The translations under genes and the position numbers were made by a program. Of a DNA stretch of 64,000 bases, positions 54,501 through 62,534 are shown in pieces (within the stretch, counting starts at the first letter, position 1; every line of letters starts with the position of its first letter). This DNA comes from an uncultured Anaerolineales bacterium. Lineage in GTDB: Bacteria; Chloroflexota; Anaerolineae; Anaerolineales; UBA11858. The DNA is taken from positions 12,187-76,186 of the forward strand of contig CAZRUS010000001.1 of assembly GCA_964603385.1 (NCBI GenBank), written 5' to 3'. The notes below the pieces were generated by a model. It did not search any database, was not told the origin of the DNA, and was given only the letters and a program-made list of their open reading frames with translations.

Positions 54501-56130
54501 CAAATACCCCCTCTCTGGTAGCAGCCAGAGTGTTGGGATTGATAGCAATGGTTTGTTGATCCGTGACCCCCACCCCGGCATCATCGGGGATAAAGGCCAG
54601 GCCGGCGCGCTGACCGACAGAGAAAATCACCGTATCGCAGGGAATTTCATGCTGGGACTCAGGTATTTTTTCAACATGCAATCCCCCACTTTCATTGAAG
54701 CTGAAGCGGGCAACTTTCTGCAGCTCCATTCCCCGCACCCGGCCGTTGCCGTCTCCCAGGATGCGTTCGAAGGATCGACCAGGATGAAGGATGACTCCTT
54801 CCTGCTCGGCGGCTTCGATCTCCCAGTCATGGGCCGGCATTTCTTCCCGGTTTTCCAGGCAGGCCAGATGGACTGTCTTCCCCAGCCGAACCGCCGTCCG
54901 GGCACAGTCAATGGCCACATTGCCGCCGCCCAGCACCAGCACGCGCTCTCCCAGCGGAAGACCCTGATCACTGGCCCGGTCGCTGTATTTCCCCAGCCGG
55001 ACATCCCGCAGGAAACGCGTGTTGATGATGACACCATCCAGCTGGGAACCGGGAATGGGCAGGCGAACCCCCTCGTGGGCACCCACGGCGATGAGCACCG
55101 CCTGGAACCCCTGCTCGAAGAGTTCATCGAGATCATCCACTCGATGATTGAGCCGCAGATCCACGCCGAGATCAATAATGTCCTGCACCTCACGTTCGAT
55201 GATCTCTGTGGGCAGGCGGTATTCCGGGACCCCCAGCCGGAGCATCCCGCCGGCAACCGGCATGGCTTCGAAGACGCTGACCGGATAGCCAGCAAGAATC
55301 AAATCCTGCGCAGCGGTCAGGCCGCAGGGTCCGGCGCCGATGATGGCGGCCTTTTGTTCAGGAAAATGAATTTCTGCCGGTTCAACAGGGTCTCTGGGGG
55401 TCTCGTAGACTTTGTCGGTCACAAACCGTTTCAAGGCCCGGATGTTGATGGGTTCATCAAATTTCCCGCGGTTGCAGGCATCTTCGCAACGGTGGTTGCA
55501 GATCCGACCGCAGATTCCCGGGAAGGGATTGTCCATCTTGATCACCCGCAGGGCGTCCTCCCAGCGGCCTTCTCGGATCAGGGCGATGTAGCCCTGGGCG
55601 CGCTGTCCGGCAGGACAGGCATCCCGGCAGGGAGCAATGCCAGCTTTTTGAATCGCAAAGGCATTGGGAACCGCTTGAGGATACTGTTTGTAGACCGCAT
55701 GGCGGGTAGAAAGGCCCTCGTTAAAAATGTCCGGGATGATCACCGGGCAGACCTCAACGCAGTCGTTGCAGGCAACGCAGGCATCGACGTTCACGTAGCG
55801 GGGCTGCTGCTGGACCCGGACGGAAAAGTTGCCCACCGAACCGGAGACATCCAGGACTTCAGCATTGGTGATCAATTCGATATTGGGATGCCGACCGGTT
55901 TCTACCAATTTGGGAGAGATTGTACACATGGCGCAATCATTGGTTGGAAAGGTCTTATCCAGCTGGGCCATTTTCCCCCCGATGGCGGATTGTTTTTCAA
56001 CCAGATAGACTTTGTAGCCCTGATCTGCCAGATCGAGGGAGGCCTGCATCCCGGCAATTCCCCCTCCCACAACCATAGCGGCGCCGATCACATCGTGTGG
56101 ATTCACTTCTTGATGCCTTGAAGTCGACAT
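51502..56130 (-). CDS. hdrA: giant HdrA-like flavoprotein with inserted NfnB/GltD-like NAD(P)H module and a second HdrA-like module (HdrL-type)
   Basis: GGGIAGMQASLDLA FAD fold. GltD-like region (AIIGAGPCGLTAA, VLVLGGGNVAIDCA, AAGD). HdrA cluster signature CIGSRD...YCSSVCCMYA. Second module VVGGGAAGMTAAL...CIGPAERYCSRICC. Several CxxCxxCxxxCP motifs. Start set at ATG 56130 behind RBS GAGGGAG (track GTG 56154). Confidence 0.85.
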   Translation of the reverse strand: MSTSRHQEVNPHDVIGAAMVVGGGIAGMQASLDLADQGYKVYLVEKQSAIGGKMAQLDKTFPTNDCAMCTISPKLVETGRHPNIELITNAEVLDVSGSVGNFSVRVQQQPRYVNVDACVACNDCVEVCPVIIPDIFNEGLSTRHAVYKQYPQAVPNAFAIQKAGIAPCRDACPAGQRAQGYIALIREGRWEDALRVIKMDNPFPGICGRICNHRCEDACNRGKFDEPINIRALKRFVTDKVYETPRDPVEPAEIHFPEQKAAIIGAGPCGLTAAQDLILAGYPVSVFEAMPVAGGMLRLGVPEYRLPTEIIEREVQDIIDLGVDLRLNHRVDDLDELFEQGFQAVLIAVGAHEGVRLPIPGSQLDGVIINTRFLRDVRLGKYSDRASDQGLPLGERVLVLGGGNVAIDCARTAVRLGKTVHLACLENREEMPAHDWEIEAAEQEGVILHPGRSFERILGDGNGRVRGMELQKVARFSFNESGGLHVEKIPESQHEIPCDTVIFSVGQRAGLAFIPDDAGVGVTDQQTIAINPNTLAATREGVFAAGDSVSGTAFVIESVASGHTAARSMQRYLEGKHLEPPRKPPLPVVELSEQEIQERQARGEISPQPRVPMPELDVSQRVNNFAEVESGYDEESARAEAARCLACGICSECMSCVFACGRDAIDHDMVATERTLPVGGIILAPGYQTYQAELSEEFGFGRYPNVITSLQYERLLSASGPTMGHIERPSDQKTPRRIAFLQCIGSRDQQHDYCSSVCCMYATKEALITRDHYPETEIEIFFMDNRAFSKGYLEYFQRASDHYGVHYHHCRISEIKQDPSTGNLILRCPPENGRASAPVEEVFDLVVLSVGMEIADSVQALARQLGIELDEYGFCHTVRFNPVETSRPGIYAAGPFREPKDIPESVMEASGAAGGIGTHLGQARFSLTQQREYPPEKDVSAQKPRVGVFICHCGSNIGGYLDVPEVTEYAGTLPNVVHAESNLYTCSQDSIKHITDTVLEKDLNRVVVASCTPLTHQPLFQDSIRNASLNPYLFEMANIRNQCSWVHSHDWDQATQKAKELVRMSAAKAARLQPQKTIDVPVTKTALVVGGGAAGMTAALTLAESGFPVDLIEKENRLGGQLRQLYLSQTDRDPQTVLGRLIRDVDNHPDINVHLGTRVVDTTGFKGNFTTTAADASGKHQEIVHGATILATGAEMYQGAEYGYGSHPAVINQQDLEAILTHRKPSPAGTDLKSVVMIQCIGPAERYCSRICCTTALKNALAAKQQHPETLVTILYKDIRVFGLKEQLYTKARREGVLFVRYDDDHPPQLLEGGEGLSPSQPLTIRVRECKLNSYLELEADLLVLSLPMIPSSDSQELANLFKVSLGAEGYFMEAHVKLRPVDFATEGVFMAGMAHYPKLLDESMIQAQAAASRAAIVLSQDHLKAGGRVAQVDQQKCTGCLTCLRICPFEVPVMQAEAAGIGRLQGAAYIEPAVCQGCGSCAAECPAKAIELMHFTDLQLQAKAHALLHPELAQEIAQLTDQQEWKNSVPDYLDPCKETAS

Positions 56131-56226
56131 TGTCGTTTCTCCCTCAAACACCAATAGAAATTACTGACTGCTGCAGGAAGGCGTCAACGATGCGCTGATA
56201 AATCCACCATTCAAAGCTGAAGAAAG

Positions 56227-56259
56227 AACCGCCCATCTGCCTGAACAGCATGGGCGGTT
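56227..56259 (-). terminator. terminator/attenuator-like hairpin inside the hdrA leader
   Basis: Minus strand AACCGCCCAT-(13-nt loop)-ATGGGCGGTT followed by CTTTCTTC. It lies about 100 nt upstream of the hdrA ATG. Confidence 0.35.
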
Positions 56260-56463
56260 TGAGTGCAGTGAAAGAGAAACCGGACCAGCCAGCAGGTGGT
56301 GTGGACGAATATTGTTTATTAATGACACAGCCGCCCAGGCTCAGGGACTGAGGGGCGGCAGCGTTGAAATATTCGTGGCCCTTTGAACCTGTGGGGGGAC
56401 CGCAGGTTCAGTATTTCATTTCTTCTTGAAGCACATTGTATTTGAACTGCGATGTTGACTGTA

Positions 56464-56492
56464 TTGTAGCAAGGTGGGATACCCTTGTCAAT
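56464..56492 (-). promoter_or_regulatory. near-consensus sigma70 promoter upstream of the hdrA-mvhD-metVF-hdrCB string
   Basis: Minus-strand TTGACA (56492-56487), 17-nt spacer, TACAAT (56469-56464). Confidence 0.6.
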
Positions 56493-56690
56493 CACCTGTC
56501 TAGACAAATAGCGGTTATCTATTTGGGCTGGGCAGGCTTCTGTCCATTTTTCAGGAAAAACGGAGAAAATTCCCCTGCCCGCTGAAAAGCAAAGCTGATT
56601 TTCTGGCGCTTGAAGGGTGGGTTCTCCCCCTGAAACAGCCTTCATGAGGAGGGGCGGGAAGCTTTGTGGGACTGTTAAGCTGTGAGCGAA

Positions 56691-57755
56691 TCAGCAAATT
56701 CTGGGAAGTAATTCGCCGGCCAGGGTGTCCACGATCCTGGTGGAGCCCAGTGCTGTTTTCAACAGCAGTCTTCCCCGGGGGGAGTCCTTCACCCGGCCGA
56801 TGACAGCCGCATTTTCCCCGTAGCGTGTCTGCTGCATGACGGCCAGCACCCGGTCGGCATCTTCCTCTGCCACCACGGCGAGGAGCTTGCCCTCATTGGC
56901 GATGTAAAGCGGATCGAAGCCCAGCATCTCGCAGGCTGCCGCGACTTCCGGTTTGACGGGCAGACGCCCTTCTTCCAGCAGGATGCCAACCTGAGATTGG
57001 CGGGCGATTTCGTTCAGGGCGGTTGCTACCCCGCCCCGGGTGGGATCACGCAGGACATGGATCTGGTCGCTGGCCTCCAGCATGGCTGCCACCAGGTGGT
57101 TAAGCGGAGCGACATCACTTTCCAGGGAGGTCTGGAATCCCAGCTCTCCCCGGGCTTCCAGCACGGCGATGCCGTGATCTCCCATGGTTCCGGAGAGGAT
57201 GACCACATCCCCCGGCTGCGCCTGCGCTCCGCCGATCTCTGCACCCCGTTTCAACCAGCCCACCCCGCTGGTGGAGATATACATGCCGTCCGCCTCGCCG
57301 TGGGCGACCACTTTGGTATCCCCGCTGATCACCTCCACTCCGGCTTCTTCCGCTGCTGCCTGCATGGACTGCACCACCTGCTTAAGCTGCTTCATCTGCA
57401 AGCCTTCTTCCAGGATAAAGCTGGCGGTAAGAAAGCGGGGTTTTGCTCCCACCATGGCCACGTCATTGACTGTGCCGCATACGGCCAGCCGGCCAATATC
57501 GCCGCCCGGAAAGAACAGGGGCGAGACCACATGAGCATCCGTGCTCACGGCCAGAGAACTGCCATCCGGCAGGGGGACCACGCCGGCGTCGTTGCCAGCC
57601 AGCAGTGCAGAATTGGCCAGCGGAGGGTGAAAGGTGCCTTGGATGAGATCCCCCATCATTTTCCCTCCGCTCCCATGTCCGAGAACGATTTTTTGGTCAT
57701 GCTGCCGGGGGAGTGGGCAGGCAGCGCCTTCCAGCGAGATTTCTTTTTCACTCAT
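56691..57755 (-). CDS. hypE: hydrogenase maturation protein HypE
   Basis: AIR-synthase-like fold (GHGSGG...) and the diagnostic C-terminal ...PRIC. Confidence 0.9.
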   Translation of the reverse strand: MSEKEISLEGAACPLPRQHDQKIVLGHGSGGKMMGDLIQGTFHPPLANSALLAGNDAGVVPLPDGSSLAVSTDAHVVSPLFFPGGDIGRLAVCGTVNDVAMVGAKPRFLTASFILEEGLQMKQLKQVVQSMQAAAEEAGVEVISGDTKVVAHGEADGMYISTSGVGWLKRGAEIGGAQAQPGDVVILSGTMGDHGIAVLEARGELGFQTSLESDVAPLNHLVAAMLEASDQIHVLRDPTRGGVATALNEIARQSQVGILLEEGRLPVKPEVAAACEMLGFDPLYIANEGKLLAVVAEEDADRVLAVMQQTRYGENAAVIGRVKDSPRGRLLLKTALGSTRIVDTLAGELLPRIC

Positions 57756-58864
57756 CGGAGAGCTTCTTCTTCCTGACGGAATTGATTCCGGTAGCGGTAA
57801 TAGGCCGCACAGGCCCCTTCATCAGACACCATGGTCGCGCCCAGCGGATGCTCCGGGGTGCATTCCCTTCCAAAGGCCTGGCACTCGTCGGGTTTCTTCA
57901 ACCCCTGCAGCACCAGTCCTGAGATGCAAATGGGGGATTCCTCAGTTTCGATCGTTGCCACATCGAAGCGTTTTTCGGCGTCGAAGGAGGCATACGCCGG
58001 ACGTAATCGCCAGCCGCTGCCGGGGATGGTGCCGATGCCGCGCCATTTTCGATCGCAAGTTTCAAAAACACGGTTGATCATCTTCTGGGCGGATTGGTTG
58101 CCTTGCTCGGTCACGGCCCGGGAGTAAGCGTTTTTCACAGCGGATTCCCCCGCTTCCAGGGAAGTCACCGTGTCCAGGATGCCGTGAGCGACATCCAGCG
58201 GTTCGAAGCCGGTGATGGTGATGGGAATCTGAAATTTCTCAGCAAGCGGAAGATATTCCCAGTAGCCCATCACGGCGCAAACATGCCCGGCCGCCAGAAA
58301 GCCCTGCACCCGGTTGTTAGGGGAGTTAAGGATGGCTTCTATAGCGGGGGGCACCCGCACGTGGGAGACCAGGATGCTGTAATTGTCCAGGCCCAGTTTC
58401 TCGGCCTGCAGCACACTCATCACATTGGCCGGTGCGGTAGTCTCAAAACCGATGGCAAAGAAAACCACCTGCTTGTCGGGGTTTTTCTGGGCGATGGAAA
58501 CCGCATCCAGGGGAGAATAAACCACCCGGACATCCCCACCGGCAGCGCGCACAGAGAATAAATCTGCCCGGCTTCCCGGCACCCGGAGCATATCTCCATA
58601 GCTGGTAAAAATCACCCCGGGGCGGGAGGCAATTGCCAGCGCTTTATCAATCAGCTCCAGCGGGGTGACGCAGACCGGGCATCCCGGTCCATGAACCAGC
58701 TCAATCTCCTCCGGCAGCAGCTGATCCAGACCGTTTTTGATGATGGAATGGGTCTGGCCGCCGCAGATCTCCATCAACGTCCACGGTCTGGTGACCAGGG
58801 AAGAGATTTTCTGGATGGTCGACCGCACCAGATCAGCATTGCGGTATTCTTCCAGATACTTCAT
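57752..58864 (-). CDS. hypD: hydrogenase maturation protein HypD
   Basis: MKYLEEYRN..., [14 protein letters not shown] and FETT motifs, 370 aa. Confidence 0.9.
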   Translation of the reverse strand: MKYLEEYRNADLVRSTIQKISSLVTRPWTLMEICGGQTHSIIKNGLDQLLPEEIELVHGPGCPVCVTPLELIDKALAIASRPGVIFTSYGDMLRVPGSRADLFSVRAAGGDVRVVYSPLDAVSIAQKNPDKQVVFFAIGFETTAPANVMSVLQAEKLGLDNYSILVSHVRVPPAIEAILNSPNNRVQGFLAAGHVCAVMGYWEYLPLAEKFQIPITITGFEPLDVAHGILDTVTSLEAGESAVKNAYSRAVTEQGNQSAQKMINRVFETCDRKWRGIGTIPGSGWRLRPAYASFDAEKRFDVATIETEESPICISGLVLQGLKKPDECQAFGRECTPEHPLGATMVSDEGACAAYYRYRNQFRQEEEALR

Positions 58865-59118
58865 CTTGTCAGCTCTTCCCCTGCCTGCTCACCGGCTTCC
58901 ATGATCTCCCGGAGCAGATCCATGGTTTCCAGCGCTTCTTCCTCACTGAGCAGACTGATGGCAAAGCCGACATGGATGATGGCGTAATCGCCCACCTCTG
59001 CTTCCGGAACATGCTCGATGCAGGCCTCTCTGGTCACACCGCTGAAATCCACCTGGGCCATGGAGAGCCCTTCTTTTTGATAAATTTCGACAATCTTACC
59101 GGGTACACCTAGACACAT
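58861..59118 (-). CDS. hypC: hydrogenase maturation protein HypC
   Basis: Start set at [12 protein letters not shown], because the essential N-terminal Cys must follow Met. RBS GGAG is upstream. The track ORF begins 7 codons earlier. Confidence 0.85.
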   Translation of the reverse strand: MCLGVPGKIVEIYQKEGLSMAQVDFSGVTREACIEHVPEAEVGDYAIIHVGFAISLLSEEEALETMDLLREIMEAGEQAGEELTR

Positions 59119-59131
59119 AGTAAATTTCTCC

Positions 59132-61495
59132 TTAATCACCGATCAAATACTGACCGGCAGCTACCTGTCCTAAGGCAATGCCGCCGTCATTTGCGGGGAC
59201 CTGTTGATGAATGTATATCTGAAAACCGTCCTGCTCAAGCAGCCGGCTGGTTTGTTTCAGCAGGGTAATATTCTGCCACACTCCTCCGCTGAGGGCAACC
59301 CGCTCGAGGCCGTGATCCCGGCGGATCAGCCTGGCGGCATCCCGCACCACCGCTGCCAGCCCGTTATGGAAGCGGGCAGAAATGCGGGGGAGGGGGGTCC
59401 CCTGCTGGAGCTCGTCGACAATCTTTTCCAGCGCGGGGGAGGGGTCAATCTCCCCGCTGCGGGTAATCTGGAAGGGATAGCCCCCAGATTCATCCGGGTC
59501 TGCCAGGGCTTCCAATTCCACCGCCGCCTGCCCCTCATAGCTGGTCTGCTGCCGGATACCCAAGAGAGAAGAAACGGCATCAAACAGGCGGCCCACGGAG
59601 GAGGTCAGCGGTGAATTAATTCCGGATTTCAGCTGCTTACGGAGCACATCAATTGCCCGCACGCCGAGCGGATTCTTTCGGGCCGTGAGGGCATGTTTCA
59701 CGGATGGGTAGGCGGCATCCCAGCCGAGATCCAGGCTGTGCAGATAGGATAGAGCCATCCGCCAGGGTTCCTTTACTGCCAGGTCCCCCCCCGGAAGGGG
59801 GACATAGCGAAGATGAAAGGCCCTTTGAAAGCTGCGGTAATCCGCAATCAGGAATTCTCCTCCCCAGATCTGCCCGTCTGTTCCGTAGCCGGTGCCGTCA
59901 AAGGCCACCCCGATGACCGGTTCTCCAGCAGGATGGCGGTTATCCGCCAGGCAGGAGGTAATGTGGGCGTGATGGTGCTGGACCCCGAGAGACGGAATGC
60001 CGTCTGATTCACAGCGCTGCTGGGCATACCGTGTGGCCAGGTAATCCGGGTGCAGGTCATGCACCAGCAGTTCCGGCGCTGCCCGGAAGAGCTGTTCAAA
60101 ATGGAGGATGCTTTTTTCGTAAACGGAGAGGGTCTCGTAATTTTTTAGATCGCCGATGTGCTGGCTGAGAAAGGCGTAGCTGTCCTTGCTGATGCAGAAG
60201 GTATTTTTCTGTTCTGCGCCAGTGCCCAGAATGACTGGGCTCTCCCTTTGAAGGCGGACCGGATAGGGGGTATATCCCCGGGAGCGCCGCAGTGGATAGG
60301 GGTGGGAGAGGGTTTTTTGCTCCGGTGCAGGGATTCTGGTCACGGAGTCATCGCAGGGAACATGAATGTCCCGATCATGCAGCAGAGCAGCATCAATCAC
60401 ATCGGCAAGCTTTTCTTTCAAAGACTGGTTATTGATCAAAATGGGATGATCACTGTAATTCCCGCTGGTCATCACCAGCACCTGATAAGGGGCCTCCGGA
60501 AAACGGTCTTCCCGTGAGAAGAGCAGATAATGGAGCGGTGTGTAAGGCAGCATCACGCCCAGCGTATGCTGTCCAGGAGCCAGCACATCGGGCAGGAAGG
60601 ACTCCGCCCGTTTCTCCAGCAGGAGGATCGGCCGCCGGACGGAACTGAGCAGCTTTTCTTCCTCCTCGCTCAGCCGACAGTGCCTCCGGACTGTTTCCAC
60701 ATTCGGCATCATCACCGCCAGGGGTTTATGGGGACGAATTTTCCGGCTGCGGAGGCGTTCCACCGCAGCTTGATCAGCGGCATCACAGGCCAGATGGAAT
60801 CCACCCAGCCCTTTCACAGCCACAATTTTCCCCTGAGCCAGGAGGGACTGCACCTGATTAACTGCCTGGTCCCTGCTGGCAGCGCGTTGGAACTTGTTTG
60901 GTGTGCCCGGTGTTTTCATTTCCAGCCAGATCTGAGGACCGCATTCCGGACAGGCTACCGGCTGGGCATGAAAGCGGCGGTCCAGCGGATCCTGATATTC
61001 CCCGGCGCAGGGATCGCACATCGGGAAATCAGCCATGGTGGTTTCCGGCCGGTCGTAGGGGATGTCTTTGATGATTGTGAAGCGGGGGCCGCAGTTGGTG
61101 CAGTTGATGAAGGGGTATCGATAGCGGCGGTCCTCAGGGGTGAAGAGTTCCTGCAGACATTGATCGCAGATGCTGACATCAGGTGAGATCGGCTGAAAGC
61201 CTCCGGGAACACTTTGCGAATGGCGGATTTGAAAATCCTGGTATTTGCCGGGAGAGATTTTCTCCCGGCGTAAGGAGTCGATCTGAGCCAGGGGAGGCGC
61301 CTGCTTTTTCAGGTCGGATAAAAAAATCTCCAATGCATCCTGGCTTCCTTCCACTTCAATTTCCACTCCAGATGAAGTGTTTTTTACCCAGCCGGCAAGG
61401 CTGCAGCGGGAGGCAAGATTGTAAACAAAGGGACGGAATCCCACCCCTTGAACAATGCCTTGAATGCTGATTCGCATTGCAGCCTGTTCGGTCAT
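59132..61495 (-). CDS. hypF: carbamoyltransferase HypF
   Basis: Acylphosphatase domain (GIVQGVGFRPFVY), two zinc-finger CxxC pairs (CDQC...CTNCGPRF; CDPC...CPECGP), and YrdC-like and Kae1-like domains. Start proposed at ATG 61495, overlapping the hypB stop. Confidence 0.9.
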   Translation of the reverse strand: MTEQAAMRISIQGIVQGVGFRPFVYNLASRCSLAGWVKNTSSGVEIEVEGSQDALEIFLSDLKKQAPPLAQIDSLRREKISPGKYQDFQIRHSQSVPGGFQPISPDVSICDQCLQELFTPEDRRYRYPFINCTNCGPRFTIIKDIPYDRPETTMADFPMCDPCAGEYQDPLDRRFHAQPVACPECGPQIWLEMKTPGTPNKFQRAASRDQAVNQVQSLLAQGKIVAVKGLGGFHLACDAADQAAVERLRSRKIRPHKPLAVMMPNVETVRRHCRLSEEEEKLLSSVRRPILLLEKRAESFLPDVLAPGQHTLGVMLPYTPLHYLLFSREDRFPEAPYQVLVMTSGNYSDHPILINNQSLKEKLADVIDAALLHDRDIHVPCDDSVTRIPAPEQKTLSHPYPLRRSRGYTPYPVRLQRESPVILGTGAEQKNTFCISKDSYAFLSQHIGDLKNYETLSVYEKSILHFEQLFRAAPELLVHDLHPDYLATRYAQQRCESDGIPSLGVQHHHAHITSCLADNRHPAGEPVIGVAFDGTGYGTDGQIWGGEFLIADYRSFQRAFHLRYVPLPGGDLAVKEPWRMALSYLHSLDLGWDAAYPSVKHALTARKNPLGVRAIDVLRKQLKSGINSPLTSSVGRLFDAVSSLLGIRQQTSYEGQAAVELEALADPDESGGYPFQITRSGEIDPSPALEKIVDELQQGTPLPRISARFHNGLAAVVRDAARLIRRDHGLERVALSGGVWQNITLLKQTSRLLEQDGFQIYIHQQVPANDGGIALGQVAAGQYLIGD

Positions 61496-62160
61496 TAACG
61501 CGGCTCCTCCTGCTCCAGTCTTGCAGCCAGCCAATCCAGCCAGGCATCCAGCCCTTCTCCAGTCCGGCAGGAAAGCGGGAAACTGACCAGGCTCGGATTG
61601 AGGATCCGGACCCCTTTCTGAAAATAATCCATATCAAAGTCTACATGGGGAAGCAAATCGATTTTATTGATGATCAGGGCATCCACATCCTGATACATGG
61701 CAGGGTATTTATAGGGTTTGTCATCCCCTTCCGGGATTGAGGCGATGAGCACATTTTGATGGGTCCCCAGCTGAAAGGATGCCGGGCAGATCAGGTTGCC
61801 GACATTTTCAACCAGCAGCAGGTCGAATTTCTCCAGCTGCAGGGCTCGAAGGGCGTTGCGGAGCATATTGGCATCAATATGACACTGCCCGCCGGTGTTG
61901 ATCTGGACGGCCGTGGCTCCCGCTTTCGCTGCCCGGTCCGCATCAATGCTGGTGGCGACGTCGCCGTCGATGACGGCGATCTGAAAGCGATTGTGCAGGG
62001 ATTGCAGCGTGCGTTCGATCAGGGATGTTTTTCCTGCGCCTGGGGAAGCCATCAGGTTCAGACCCAGCACACCGGACTGGTCCAGCTGCTGGCGGTTCTC
62101 CAGCGCCAGCTGGTCATTGGCATCATGGATTTTTTCCACAACAGAGACTTTTTTTGTCAT
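61495..62160 (-). CDS. hypB: hydrogenase nickel-incorporation GTPase HypB
   Basis: GSPGAGKT-type P-loop (MASPGAGKTSLIE), ENVGNLICP, and NKIDLL. Start trimmed to ATG 62160, 1 nt after the hypA stop. Confidence 0.9.
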   Translation of the reverse strand: MTKKVSVVEKIHDANDQLALENRQQLDQSGVLGLNLMASPGAGKTSLIERTLQSLHNRFQIAVIDGDVATSIDADRAAKAGATAVQINTGGQCHIDANMLRNALRALQLEKFDLLLVENVGNLICPASFQLGTHQNVLIASIPEGDDKPYKYPAMYQDVDALIINKIDLLPHVDFDMDYFQKGVRILNPSLVSFPLSCRTGEGLDAWLDWLAARLEQEEPR

Positions 62161-62161
62161 T

Positions 62162-62515
62162 TCATTCCTCAGAGGTGATGTTAATGCTGTCGAGGTGGAA
62201 TTCCCTGCCCTGCAGGATGTCCACATTTCCGCTGCTGCAGTTAGGGCAGGGGGTGAGCTCGCCCTCCTCCAGCCGAAAGACATGCTGACAGTCCCGGCAG
62301 CGAAATTCTGCCGGGAGACGCTTAAAGTGCAGCTTTGACCCTTCACAAAGGGTGCCCTCTGTGATCAGGTCCCAGTAGAACTGAACGGATTCATCGACAA
62401 CGCTTGACAGCTCACCAATTACCAGGTAGAGATCGGTGATCTTCCGGGCATGGTTCTTTTCCGCGTGCTTGATGGCCAGATCAGCTATTTGCTGCGTAAT
62501 GGTAAGTTCATGCAT
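62162..62515 (-). CDS. hypA: hydrogenase nickel-insertion protein HypA
   Basis: MHE N-terminus and a CxxC...CxxC zinc site (CRDC...CPNC), 117 aa. Confidence 0.85.
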   Translation of the reverse strand: MHELTITQQIADLAIKHAEKNHARKITDLYLVIGELSSVVDESVQFYWDLITEGTLCEGSKLHFKRLPAEFRCRDCQHVFRLEEGELTPCPNCSSGNVDILQGREFHLDSINITSEE

Positions 62516-62534
62516 GGTCAGTTGCTGTTAATGG

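Noticed and set aside
54130-56121. 663-aa plus-strand ORF
   Set aside because: It is antisense to hdrA, whose own frame carries numerous FAD/Fe-S signatures. It is a shadow ORF.
51502-56130. Looked for an in-frame TGA (Sec) in the giant HdrA-like gene, since HdrA/HdrL homologs can be selenoproteins
   Set aside because: The frame is uninterrupted, and all cluster-binding positions I could read are Cys codons.
56155-56460. Tried to match the hdrA leader to the THF, ZTP (pfl), cobalamin, SAM or NiCo riboswitch cores, and to 6S RNA
   Set aside because: I could not find the conserved core sequences as I remember them. It remains an unassigned structured RNA rather than a named class.
56319-56645. 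108-aa minus-strand ORF in the hypE-hdrA intergenic region
   Set aside because: It spans the TTGACA/TACAAT promoter and the leader hairpins, and it has no RBS and no motifs. The region is better explained as regulatory RNA/DNA.
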